Below are positions 37,501 through 50,557 of a stretch of DNA of 64,000 nucleotides, one piece after another. The translations under genes were made by a program, and so were the position numbers. The notes beneath the pieces are model-generated. The model was not told the DNA's origin. It searched no databases and saw only the letters and a program-made list of their open reading frames with translations. The first letter of the stretch is position 1. Each line of letters opens with the position of its first letter. Source of the DNA: Camelus ferus (taxonomy: Eukaryota); the NCBI RefSeq assembly GCF_009834535.1, contig NC_045697.1, forward strand, positions 57,042,001-57,106,000, in the 5' to 3' direction.

Positions 37501-37603
37501 CAAAAGTTCAATATGTTTGATAACTCAGTTGATTGTTGAAATAAAAAAAAGACATTTCTATCTCATCTTTTAAATGGGAATAATTAAAGAATGATCAATA
37601 ACC

Positions 37604-37828
37604 AGCAGGGGGTGGGAAGAGATAGACTGGGATTTCAAAATTATAGAATAGATAAACAAGATTATACTGTATAGCACAGGGAAATATATACAAGATCTTA
37701 TGGTAGCTCACAGAGAAAAAAATGTGACAATGAATATATATGTTCATGTATAACTGAAAAATTGTGCTCTACACTGGAATTTGACACAACATTGTAAAAT
37801 GATTATAAATCAATAAAAAATGTTAAAA
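37604..37828 (+). mobile_element. Young 5'-truncated L1 3' end, same family as 21260-21481
   Basis: Perfect 18-bp TSD aaagaatgatcaataacc (37586-37603 / 37829-37846). Aligns closely with the 3' UTR at 21260-21481. Confidence 0.95.
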
Positions 37829-38261
37829 AAAGAATGATCAATAACCCTGAAATACTGGATTACAGTTAAAGTTTAAGATGGAAAGGGAGGAGAACATGAA
37901 ATAACAAATCCTCTGAGCTTTCACAATTTTCATTTTCAATGTAAGAGTGAAAAAAAGGAGAGAGGAGAAAAAAAAATAAAGCAGACTTTAAAAATGGAGT
38001 GGCTAGTTTCATTCTAAGTGTACAGGTTGTGTCTACTTTTTAAGAGATGTAACTTTTAGAAACTGCACCAATACCCACAACAGTTATCTGGAAATCTTTT
38101 GGTTTAAAAAACCAGATTTATTTATTTATTTTTCCTTTGTGTCAAATAAGTCCAAATATAGGGAACCCGGGACTGATGTAGTGTATTGCAAGTCTTAAGC
38201 AATGCATTGCCCGTTCTTAGCTTGTGGCTCCAATCTCAAGGGACTATATTGTTCTTGCACA

Positions 38262-38925
38262 CAAATACATGATGGAAAAACTGACAGAACTGAAGGAAGA
38301 CATAGTTGGGAAACTTCTTTACTCCACTTTCAATAACAATTAGACAGAAGATCAACAAGGAAATAGAAGACTTGAACAACAATATAAACCAACTAGACTA
38401 ACAGACAACTATAGAATAACAGCAGAATATACATTTTTCTCAAGTCCATATGAAATATTTTCTAGAATATAGAATATGCTAGATCATAAAACAATCATCA
38501 ATAAATTTAAAATGTAAATAATAGAAATAATAAAAATTATATTCTTCACCTACAATGGAATACAAAATATGTTCTCTGAACAAAATGGAAATTTGAGATT
38601 AATAACAGAAGACTATGGGAAACTCAAAAATATGTGGAAATTAACAACATATTTCCAAATAATCAATGTTTCAAAGAAGAAATCAAAAAGATAGTAAAAA
38701 ACCTTTGACACGTATCTATTACTTATAGAATGCAGTTAAAACAGTTCTTAAATGGAAATTTATAGCTCTGAATGCCTGTATTAAGAAAGAAGAGAGATCT
38801 CAAATCAATAAACTGATCTTCCTCCTTAAGATACTGGAAAAAGATCGAAGTAAATCTAAAGTAAGTAGAAGGAAGGAAATAAAGATGAGAGAAGAAATTA
38901 ATAAAATAGAATATAGAAATATAAA
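38262..38925 (+). mobile_element. Old L1 ORF2 (endonuclease/linker) fragment
   Basis: 'agacagaagatcaacaaggaaatagaagacttgaacaac', 'aacagcagaatatacatttttctcaagt', 'ggaaatttatagctctgaatgcctgtatt'. Confidence 0.85.
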
Positions 38926-40460
38926 TATCCCTGTAGTACAGCAGATATTCTGGATAAGACTATTGCAGTGAAGGCAAGAAAAGATGGAGCAATTTGAAAT
39001 ATATGTTGGAGGTGAATCAATGTGGCTTTGTGCTGGAAAGGATTCTAAGGTCAAATATCAGGGAAACTTCAAAGATGGCTCTTAGCTTTCTGGCATGAGC
39101 AACAGCAAGCTGAATGGTAAGTGTATTTCACAGATAATCAATGGTGATAATGGGTTAGAGAGGGAAAATGTAGCATGGAAAAAAAAACAGTTTGAGAAAC
39201 AATGTTTTCTCGATAACTAAAAGAACATCAGAGTGAGGGATACATAGTAGGAAAAGGGACAGTTAGAGAAAATACATGGGGAGCAAAGCAGGCAGAGATT
39301 CACAGTTCATGAGGAGGATGTTAAGAGAGAAATCTAAAGTTAGATTTTAAATAGTGGAATATTATGACTAAAAGACCAATGTTGTCATCCCTATGCAGAA
39401 TAGATGAGCAGACAAAAGTGGCAAATGGAAGAGCTTTTAGGAGACTAGTTTTCAGACTCTAGTATGATCTTGGAAAATAAATTTGAACTGGACTATGATT
39501 TGGCAATGTGGACAAAGAAAAGGGAGCAGATTTAAGATATTTGTTTTGGAGGATTAAGAGACTGCCCAGTGATTTTGATGCACTGAGATTGAGGGAATGG
39601 GAGCAATCAAGAATAACACAGAGAGATCTGACTTTACTAACACAGTACGCTGGGAAGCCATTTGCAAAGATGGGATATGGTAGGTTGTATGGATGGCTTA
39701 AACTTCAATTTAAGACATGGTGAATTTGAAAAAACTGCTGATATCTAGGGAAAGATGACATATATTCAATGTATTTGTGAATCTAAATCATAAAAAAACA
39801 AGCTCTAGGATAGAGATGCTAATGGCACTTAAAGCCATTAGCATAACATTTATATTCAACACTGAAATTTAAACTTACCTAGGGAGAGAGTATTAAAAAA
39901 TTGAAAAGAAGTTCTAGTATTAGGCATGTAAACCACTATAATTTTTGTTTGGGAAGAGGAATGGAAAGGGAAAATAGAATGAAAAGAATAGCCAATGAGA
40001 TAGGAGAGAGAGCAAGAGTAAGTCATATTTGGAAAACTAATGAAGAAGATGAATAGCTTTAGTGGAAGACTGCCAAAAGTCATATTCTAATAGAGTACAA
40101 AATTGATGAAAATGAGTAAGTCAAAACAATCTGAGCTTGACGCTTTGGCTCTGAATTTTGGCTTTGAATTCAACAGAATAACCAAGGATATTGGAAAAAG
40201 ATGTGCAGTAAAGATAGGGCATATTTTATTATGAAAGTTAATAAAATGTCTTTATATACCACTTGTAATCATCTAGGAAAATGGACGATATGAATATTGA
40301 AGAAGAGTTGGTGACCAAATGGTGATGCCCTTGTGAAGCCAGAGGGATGAGAACAGGAATACAAATGGAGAGACTGGCCTCGAGAGTAAAACAGACAATT
40401 CTTTCATTGTAATAAGAAGAAAGGGAAAAGTTGCTGCAAATACAGTTAGAATATTTTATT
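38926..40460 (-). mobile_element. L2 LINE fragments, degraded
   Basis: Purine-rich antisense-L2 motifs ('aaagatggctcttagctttctggcatgagcaac', 'gcagatttaagatatttgttttggagg', 'agacatggtgaatttga'). Confidence 0.6.
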
Positions 40461-40877
40461 TGATATATGTGATAAATAATTATCTTTTGTCAACTATTCT
40501 CAGATACTTAAAAAACACTTTAGGGAAAAGACACAACATTTGTTCAGAGTTGATCTTGTGCCAAGGTTCTTCTTAATTATTACCTATGTTGATACATAAA
40601 AAGATCCTGTGAGGTAACAGTTACTCTTTCCTTCTTTATATACTAATAAGGAAGGTTGGATACCTTTCCCAAAGACATAGGGATAGGAGACAGCAAAACT
40701 GTCTTTTTACTTCCAAACTTGAGGTTTAGACATTCATTATTCTAGTTTTCTTGTGATAATATTATTTAGTCTGAGCAAAAACCTAAGGGAGGCATATAAT
40801 ATAAAATTTAATTGACTTAGTTACAAGGAAAGCCATTTAACTTGCAAGGACCTTATCAGGAAGTATTGGATATGAAC

Positions 40878-40881
<4 letters not shown>

Positions 40882-40911
<30 letters not shown>
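40882..40911. repeat. (TG)15 microsatellite
   Basis: Read directly from the sequence. Confidence 0.97.
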
Positions 40912-40915
<4 letters not shown>

Positions 40916-43900
40916 TAAAATGATCTTAAATTTAAGTATTTTATGTCATTTTATGTAGAAAGATACATTTAAAAGCAACTTTGGAAAAACACAAAATCAG
41001 AAGTAAGTCTAGAATTCTAGATCACAACAGAACTAAGTGTTAAGATGATCGTTATCAATGACTCTACCAATTAAGTAGGTATTCAGAACAGTTATGTTCA
41101 AGTAGATCAGAGAAAGTTATGATTAAAGTGTTGCAGTGCTAAGACATAAACAACCAAGGATGTCTGTCAAGATGATATTACTATTTACTCATTTTGTCAT
41201 TAACTAAATCTTTCAAAGAAACCCAACACATATTGATCATATTTTAGAGCAATGTAAAAATATTTTTATCTCCAGAACCAGTAGATTTAAGCATTTAAGG
41301 TTATATAATATTACAGCTGATCTTCAGGTTGCATACAAAATATCTGACACACCTGAATTTTTAACTATTCCTCAAATCACGTATAGCATTATGTTATTGC
41401 CCGAGGTTTAGAATTAATTTTACATGTTAACACTATTCTTTGTCATTGTTTTTGGCTTGCCTTTCATTTTAATAACCAAAAGCCACTGGATCTAAAAAAC
41501 AGCATAGACTTTAACTCTTAGAAACACATTATATGAAAAGGCATCATGAGAGAGGCTCTCAAGTGACTTTGAATGCATTAATTGGCTTCTTTGTATTGCC
41601 TTGGAAAGTTCTTATTAAGTTCCCTTAAGGATTTTTCAGAAAAGGAAGCAGTGTTATTAGTTTGGTTTTTGACTGAGTTAATTGATAATTGAGTATCATT
41701 GAGAATAAAGAATAAAAACAGCAGAATGGGAAGCAAAACTCCTATTAATCCCAGTCAATAAGAAACTTTTTTTGTTTACTTTCCCTAGAAATTTATGAAA
41801 TGTAAACTTACTGCTCAAAGCATAGCACTTCTACAAATACGTTCCATTTCTATTAGAATGAGTGCCATTGGAAGGTTAACTGCACACTGAGTAAACATAG
41901 AAAGTGAATCACTAATACATTATGGACACATGTTTATCTTTCTGTGCACTATAAATCTGGAAAAAAAAGTGTTCTATAATTTATTCAATATATATTTCTC
42001 ATTTCCTACTATTTGATTTTGGTTTAAATCATTGGATTTCCCATCAGTCATAGTCCCTATATTTATACTACAATCATTAAAGTTCAATTTAATTAGAATT
42101 CACCAAATTGCATTTGGAGTTGCTGATTTAGGACTTCAAATATATTCAACCACTAGTCTTTGAAAAAACAGCAGCAGCAAACTTTACATGCTATTTTAAT
42201 GATATGTTAAACATGTATCTAATATTTAATCCCCTTTACATTTTGTCATTTAAATAATTTTTTAAAAATATATCTAATCTTTAGTTCCTCTTTCTACACA
42301 TCTATATACTAACTAGTCCTGACTTTAGCCAATTGCAAATAGACTACTGAAAATCTATTTTATTATCACCATATGCTATTCAGCATATAAAATTTTGATT
42401 AGAAAGATTTTAGTTTTGAGTAGTTAAGAAAGGTTTTGAGTAGTTATGAAAAATTTTTGACCTTCTCTCACAATCAAGAATTTAATTTAGAAAAAGTAAA
42501 GCATATATATATGAAAGAACTATGTGTTTCTGAACACTTACTGTAGTTGGCTGTTCAAGAGAGTGTATTTTCCTGTAAAACTGCACACATATAAAGCAGT
42601 CACACTATATTTTGGCTTATTAAGTTAAAAGTAATTAACATTATTAAAGTAATTCTGTTTGCAAGTTTTGAATCTGATTTTGAGTCAATAAAACATTATT
42701 TGGTTATAATCACACCACATTACAATTCAAAAACATGTGTCTAAATATCTGGTTTTGACTGGAATATAAATGACTTTTTTTGTGTGCTGGAAAGTGCCAT
42801 GCTAATGAGCTCTCAGCTAGCAGAAGTCTAAAGCTTATTCAAATATTACATTAGTTGAATTTAAGCTTAAGTAACATAAGTAAAATCTAGAGTTTGTAAA
42901 TAAACTAAATGCTATGTTTTTACTTTTTAATACAAAGTTAGTGGTAGAAAAGTCTGTAACAACTGAAAAATGTAAATAATTAGCAGTTCTTTCTCACACT
43001 GAACAATTTGTTTTAACATCCACAAAATACTCTAAATATATGTAAATATTTGGGTTCTCAGCTAAATACCAAAAGCCTTTTCCAAATTTTGACTGAGGTA
43101 CATATTTGGTTAAGACCTTTAAATATTTTGATGAAAATGCCAATTCTAGTAACACAGTGTTTTCATTGCTTTTTAATATAAAAATATAGTGTCAAATGAT
43201 GGTAATATTTTCCCCAATTTAGTTTCTTATTGGAAGCTCTTGATAGAGAAGATATTCTCTAGCAAATCCTATAACACATTAATCTAAATAACTCTTCAAT
43301 TTACTAACATTGTCAACAAACCACAAAAAAACAATGAATACATCTGCTAAACCTTTAGTCAATTCATCAATTGGTAAATGAAGATATTAATATGACAATC
43401 ACAAATTGTCATGTAGTTATCAGCAATTACATCTTAATTGCTGAAGGTTACTATACAATAACTCAGTACAAGATCAAAGGAATGATCTAACTAATTCATT
43501 TTTTAAAATATTTTTATTTCGCCAATCAATGATTATGCTTGCTGCCAAGTAACTGCAAGATATATTACTTGCTATTTGGGGAGTTTACTTAAAAACAAAA
43601 TCTGTTTCCTCTTCTAAAACAACTCAAGAATAAATACATACATAAATATTCAAAAAGCTATCACACACTTTGCATTTTTATTGTAATAATACATATGGTT
43701 TAGATAACTTGTTTTATTAAAAATTATACAAATATAACTATAAAATATAACAAGCATTAAAATATATTAGAATTATTCTTTTTTTGTTGTTGGAGATTGA
43801 GTACAAATGGTAATTGGGAAGGGAAAAAGGTTTGAGTAAAAATATTGAACAGTGGAGAGGAAAAGAATAACAGCGATCAGAGAAAGTAACCTAGTGATTT

Positions 43901-44544
43901 TAACTCGAGCAGATTTACTCAAACGTGAAAAATTCAATGCCAACAAAAAGAAGCCCCAGGGCACTGGACAAGTTTTGTATTCAACAGTCACATAGGAAAA
44001 CAGGAAAATAGAGGGAAGCAAGACTGAAAAATTAGACCAAATTGTATAAATTCTGTCAGTCTAGAGGGAGAGTGGGTATTTTCTGAATGTTGTTTATGAG
44101 TAATCAAATAACCTCAGTTCACAAGGGAAACTTTATGTTTAAATAAATATTTAAATGGAAATTCAAGACACTGCCATTTGCCATCATCAATGGAGACCAA
44201 AAAATTTTGAAAATCTAATTTAATCACTGACATCTCATTGTTTAAAACTAGCATTGCACTAAAATCTTTACTGGCTAAAACCCTTGAATTCAACTTAGTT
44301 TCACTTGTGTTCTTTAAATCTGCACCAAGCTTCCCAAAGTAACTATAGCCAACTAAATTCATTTGTATCGTGCAGGGTAAGATAAAGCTACCACTCTGCA
44401 GAGCAAACAACAGCAGCAAGATGGAAGCCTTAATTTGACCAAGTGAATTTGGGAATACCCAGTCTTTGGCATTGCAGAGAATGAATCCCAATGGTATAGT
44501 AGCACAGAATATTGAGTCCCCACAGGCAAAGTGAGAATACTATG

Positions 44545-44980
44545 GAATCATTCAAATCAGCTGATATGTGCAACCTGCTGTTCTAGGTGTTGCTGATATA
44601 GTGGTGAACAAAAAAGAGGCCCAGTCCCTTTTAGTACAACATCATGCTTATATTACAGGGGCAAGATAAAAATGAAACCAATAAATAAATAGATGATGTA
44701 GTTTCAAGAAGGAATAAGTGCTCAGAAGGGATTAAAAAAAAATTCCAGTGTTTCACAAGAAACTGAGGCTCCTAATTTACACAGAGGAGTCTAACATGTA
44801 CATGGGAAAAATGAGATTTGAGCAGGAATCTAAAAGAAGGGAGAAGGTACACTATGGGAACACATCTAGGGGAAGAGCATTTTATTCAGAAAGCAAACCA
44901 AGTATGTATCCCCAATGTGCAGCCTCCTAAGCATCTTCAAAAAGCAGCAAGAGGTGAGTGAGACTAGACAAGAGTTTGGT
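44545..44980 (-). mobile_element. L2a-like 3' end, antisense
   Basis: 'ctgttctaggtgttgctgatatagtggtgaacaaaa', 'ataagtgctcagaagg', 'agatttgagcaggaatctaaaaga'. Confidence 0.7.
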
Positions 44981-45547
44981 TTTTCTCCAAAAGCAAATAT
45001 ATCAGGCAGGTATGGCATGAGATTCCTCCTCTCTTGAAGCATTGAGCAGGAGCAGGATCATTTGACACCATCTAAACATTCACTGCGCCTGAAACTTGTC
45101 CCATATCCTTGAAGACCTTGCCACTGCCATAAAAGTTATCTGAAATGCAAAATTAGTGCAAAGTGTGGATAGTTCTAAGGATCATTAGGGAAAATATGGA
45201 CTTTCCAGAAGATAGACTAAATCATTAGTGAATTCTATTCAGAAGTGTGGTCTTTTGAAACAAAGATAATTATGTGTCACGTTTGACTCGCTGCAAACTA
45301 AATTTATGAAAATGGCATTTGGGGTCTAATTATGAGGATTGTCTTTATCATTCTGATCATTTTCTAAAGGACTGGCCTAAGTTGGAGGTATATGATTTGA
45401 AATGTTGGATAGTTGTAAATTTATAGATGCTAATGAAATATGCCCATTTTTATCTAGATAACTGTTGTCATCTAAATACAGTCTAATTTGTTATGATACT
45501 CGCTGACTTGATTTTGCAATTCTCATAGTATTTGACTTCCAAATAAT

Positions 45548-45765
45548 TTGGTGGAAAGAACACTGGGATTCAAGATCAAATCTGCTATTAACTTTCTATA
45601 GCCATGCCATAAATACTCTTTAAGCCAATATTTCTTCATTTATATAAAAAGGGGATGCCAGTTATCTGCCTCCTTACAGAGTTATTTTGAAGAACAGAAG
45701 GGATAATGTATGAAAGTGTTCTTTGAAAATTGTAAAGCACTGTTCAAATGAAAGCTATTATTATA
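45548..45765 (+). mobile_element. MIR SINE
   Basis: 'ggtggaaagaacactggg...tttcttcatttatataaaaagggg...gataatgtatgaaagtgttctttgaaaattgtaaagcactg'. Confidence 0.7.
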
Positions 45766-46289
45766 CTAACAAATAGATGATTTAACACTGGCATTTCAGT
45801 GTGATGATTGGAAATCACTCTAATAAATATACCAACATGTCATTCCACTAGTATAGAATTATTAAATTATCATTACCTTTCAGAGAAACAAAAGAATATA
45901 TTTTCACAATAATGTCATATGGTCAATTTAAATTCTGTACGCTGCTAGTTTTAGTGAATATATTATCCACTTTATTGTGCCCAGTATCTCCGGCTTTGTG
46001 AAAAAAGAAATGTAGTTTCACAATTGTGAAATTATAAATTTATGCTTAACAGACACTCTGTGCTTAAAAAAAAAAGGTTGAAAAGCCAGATTTTTCTTTG
46101 CCATTTCAGAAATCTATTGTGCTAAAAGCAATATGGAGTAATTTCATGAACATCTAAATAGAGAAATTTGCTGGTTTCTTCAGGTCAGGCAAATTCAGGG
46201 GTTAAGAGACATCAATAATATAATGGTTGCTACCCAAAGAAGATGTAATAATCAGTCACTAAAATCTAATTAAACTCACTGAGGTACTT

Positions 46290-46672
46290 GTATATATGAT
46301 GGAATATTATCCAGCCTTAAAAAGAGAGGAAATCTTGAAATCCTGCCATATTTGACAGCATGAATAAATCTGGAGGACAATATGCTATGTTAAATGAGCT
46401 AATCACAGAAGGACAAATGCTGCATGATTTTACTTTATGAATTATCTACAACAGTCAGACTCACAGAAGCAGAGAGTAGAATGATGGTTGTTGAGGGGAT
46501 GGGGAAATGAGGAGTAGTTCAAAGCATACAAAGTTTTGGTTATGTAAGATGTATAAGTTCTAGAGATGTACTGTACAACATCATACCTATTATTAACAAT
46601 ATTGTATTGTACACTTAAATATTCATTAAGAGGGTAAATCTCATGTTAACTTTTCTTACCATGACCAAAAAA
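46290..46672 (+). mobile_element. L1MA10/L1MB1-like 3' end
   Basis: 'atggaatattatccagccttaaaaag...cagaagcagagagtagaatgatggttg...aagttctagagatgtactgtacaacat...taagagggtaaatctcatgtta'. Confidence 0.85.
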
Positions 46673-48755
46673 TATACATAAACATTTATCTATCGGTATG
46701 AATTTGCTACTAATGATATTTATATAGAGTTATTCTTAAGGGTATATTTGCTTTCCTATTATCACTATGTTTTGTCAAAGATTAACCAAGCCAGCACTTA
46801 GAATAAATATATATGGCTCGTTTTTCCAGGTACATACTTTTATGGATAAATTAAACTTCTAAAGATAAATTGTTCCGATTGAGGTAACAGAAAGGGAAAT
46901 GGATTAATTTTGTCTTTTCTTTTTATAATATTGAGACATTTCAGATATGATCTTCACAGAAGAATGTTTGTTTTGGGAATTATTAGACAAATATCTTTTC
47001 TATGCTTGAAAGATGTACAGACTAATGACATACCTTTATTCTCAATCAGAGATAAAGGCACTGAAAAAAGATAAGAGAGAAACTTAACCTAGTCCATTCT
47101 GAAGTGATTTGTATGTTTAGGTGCACACAGGTCAATGGTAATATTATCTGTGGAATATTTTCCTTTGAATAGAGTTTAAATAATATCTCCCAGGGTCATT
47201 GCCTCAGAACATATTATATATATGAAAATTAGCTTTGGAATGCCTCAAACATAAGAAAATCTCTAAGTGATCTGCATATTTATGGCCACTGTTTTCCTTT
47301 TGTAGGTTACCCAACAAATCCTGCTCCTCCTTTGCTCCTTTATGCTACTTTTCACTACACCCTAGGTTACATCACTCTCATTCAATCCAGGCTTAATCTC
47401 AAGGTAAGTGTGTAAGAAAGACATTATGGCTTTCCTTCTTTGATGAAAATTAAGTGCTTTAAAAATTCCTGTCCTTACATATAAAGACTAAAAGACTAAG
47501 ATTTAGTCAAATGATTTTTCACAATCCGTAAGAAACCAGATAAACACACACACACACACACAATCTTGCTTAATATTGTCAGTTTTTTGTTTTGTTTTGT
47601 TTTTAAGATTATCACTCTCAAAAAGGTTAAATTTTTTTTGAGTTTTAAAGTAATTCATGTAAGATTAAAGAAGGTAATTAATGTATTTTTGAACACACTT
47701 TGCATCAATCAATCAATGGGCATTTAAAAAATATAAAAACACTGTGAGAAAGGTATTTTCTGTCTCACATTTCACTTTTACATACAAGAGTAATGTGGGG
47801 ACTCAGGAAAGTTAAGCAAAATGACTGAGCCTTTCAAATGTATTTCAAAATATTCTCTGAGAAATTATAGTTTTCAAAGGAAGATGGGATTCTAATTCAC
47901 TTGTAGTATATATTCATTCATACTGCCAACCTCATGAAGTGTACAGAAGTCTCTGCATCCATGGGAGATATTGTAGCAATGTCACTGGTGTGCATGCTGA
48001 AAACTTGAGTCCCTATTTCCTATTTTTGACCTCTGCTTTCTGTGTGCTTTTGTTCATAGGGGCCACTCTGCTTGTATTTATATATCATTTCAAGTTTAAT
48101 ACATTTAAAATTTTTCTTCGGGGCTCTTCTAATCTTACTTTTCCTTTGCCTTATGACTTGACATAATAGAATGCCATCACATCTGCTGTAAGATAAAAGT
48201 AGTTAAATAAGAGTACATTTAAAGTATATAAGAAGGCTATGCAATTTATAAGCCCAAATTACTCTAAATGTTTGTATAGTTAATTCTCACACTACTTTGA
48301 ATTACTACCTTTCAAACTCTGCCTCACACTGACATATTCACAATATGTGAAGACAGAAGGAAATGGTATAAGCTTTCAATTTGTAGGAGAGTTTTAAAAT
48401 CCATTCGAATGATAAAACTGTATGTATATGACATTCTACAGAAAGAGATCTGGCTACTACCCTATTACTGATGTCTAAAATTAATAATTTTATGAGTTGA
48501 CATATATCCTTAAATATAGGGATATATTAATATGAGCTATATATTTGTAAGTCAAATTATAATTAGCAAAAAATATACACAATCACTAAATTTTCCATGT
48601 TGAATAGAAATAATTACATTTATAAATAGTAAGATGAATTTAATGGAGAACTGAGATAAAACTTCCGTGCTATAGTAATCATCTTGGATAAAATATATTG
48701 GAGTTGAAGACTCATTATTTAATGTTACCATGTGAAGAATAAGAAAATATCCTTT

Positions 48756-48760
<5 letters not shown>

Positions 48761-48790
<30 letters not shown>
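48761..48790. repeat. (CA)15 microsatellite
   Basis: Read directly from the sequence. Confidence 0.97.
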
Positions 48791-48792
<2 letters not shown>

Positions 48793-49309
48793 ACATATAT
48801 GTTTTTAATTGATAAGTAATGTACTATTCTCAGAAGTTAAAGTAGTCAAAGGGAAAGGTGAACATAATCAAAGGAAAAGAGTTATAACATGTCATTTAAG
48901 GTTTCAGGAAGCCAGAAAGCAGGAATTTCCAGCAACTATAATTCTCACCCTGTTTCTTCCCTGCACTTAAAATATACCACCACATATGTGGCAAATAACA
49001 CACTCAGAAAAGAAAAACAAGACTAACCTGGATAGAATTCTCTAAGGGATACACAAGATACCTGTTTATTTTTGTCCAATGTAAAGTACTAGGAACTTGA
49101 TTGCTATTGTCATGGAGATCCTCTCAGTATAATTATCATAATACCTGGAGTAGTCTTTCATTCAGGACAAGATATAAGATTAAATAATAAATTTATAATA
49201 ACTGAAGGCATTCTAATGTTTAAATTAAGAGGTACAACTTATCAAAAATGTACAATTTAATCTCATAACATATGTGTGTTCAACAAAGCTGAATTTGTCT
49301 GAGCTATAA

Positions 49310-49985
49310 AAATAACAATATTAGGCAACATTCATTGAGTAAACGCTATGCATAAATGTTACCTTAAAGAAAAACAAACTAAAGTGCTTCACTTAGTATT
49401 TGGGATAAAGTGAGCACTCAAAAATATTTAGGCAATATTATACCCCTATTTTCCAGCTTTAACAAATAGTCGGTGTTTCACCCACGTGGCCTCAGTTCCA
49501 TTCATGTGCTTATCTCCCACCTTCTGAGTGCTTTTCTTCTAATGGCCTGTATCTGAGACCTTCTTCAGAGGACTACCCTTGGGCTACTGGAGCTCCTGGC
49601 CAAGTGCTAGGGTGCTAGGAGTCTACATTTCTATGGTGATATTGTCAGTGTCTAACTGGTAGACAGAGTAGGGAAGCCCAGCTCCATTCCTTCAAGTGAG
49701 ACTACCACTGAGGTTCAGTGTACACTCCACAGCTTCCTATGTGATCACTTTGAGGTTGGGTTCTTGCCTCAAAGTACATTCTTACTTAGCTTCATGTTCT
49801 CTGTTTCTGTTCCCCAATTCCCTCATGATATTCTCCTGGGTGCACTTCCTTAATATATCACTTACATTCTAATTCTCCACTGGTTCTCCTGGAAAACCAG
49901 ACCTAAGGAAACTAAGTACAGAAAACTTAAGTGATTCACTACAGTCATATATTAATGGGCCAAGATGAATCCAGGTTCTTCATCA
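49310..49985 (-). mobile_element. MIR (antisense) split by an LTR16-like insertion
   Basis: The left part 'taggcaatattatacccctattttccag' and right part 'ggaaactaagtacagaaaacttaagtgattcact...gaatccagg' are consecutive antisense-MIR segments. Confidence 0.5.
49470..49907 (+). mobile_element. ERVL LTR (LTR16A/B-like)
   Basis: 'gggaagcccagctcc...gagactaccactgagg...tacactccacagcttcc...ctcctgggtgcacttccttaatatatcactt...ccagacctaag'. Confidence 0.7.
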
Positions 49986-50557
49986 CTTCATTAACAATTA
50001 ATAATATTTTGTAGAACTTTAACAATATATTGTGGAATTAACTACATATGAGAAGTAACAAATTGAGACTAAAAAGTGAAAAATAGGTCTAACTTGGATT
50101 AATGTCTAAAGAAGCAAACTATTTTGATGGTAACATGAATGAAAATGATCTATGTTAATATAAACAATGATTACCTTAGGTGACAGCAGATCAAACATTA
50201 TTCACCACTGTTTCCTGAGAAACATCTTATGATTTGAAATAGTAATTGTGCATGTACAGTCAGTCCTTTTTTATTTGCTTGCTCTATTTTTGCCCACAGA
50301 AATTCAAGATTGTTAGACTTTATTTCAAGGTTTTCTTCTGATTATTTTACTTGATTTTAAAAAACTTTCTAATTTTATTTTCTTTCTGTCCTTATGATTT
50401 TCACTTACACAGATATTTCCAGTATTTTGGTTTTCATTCTCTTAATTACAGTTTGTATACATAAATAAATATTATTGAAAATATATTTAATCACATAGGA
50501 AACATCAATGATTTGTTAACTTTTTTTGTGTTACAGCATATTTTATATATATTGTAG

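Noticed and set aside
42413..42451. 20-bp-period direct repeat gttttgagtagtta(a/t)gaaa
   Set aside because: It is a small local duplication with no further structure.
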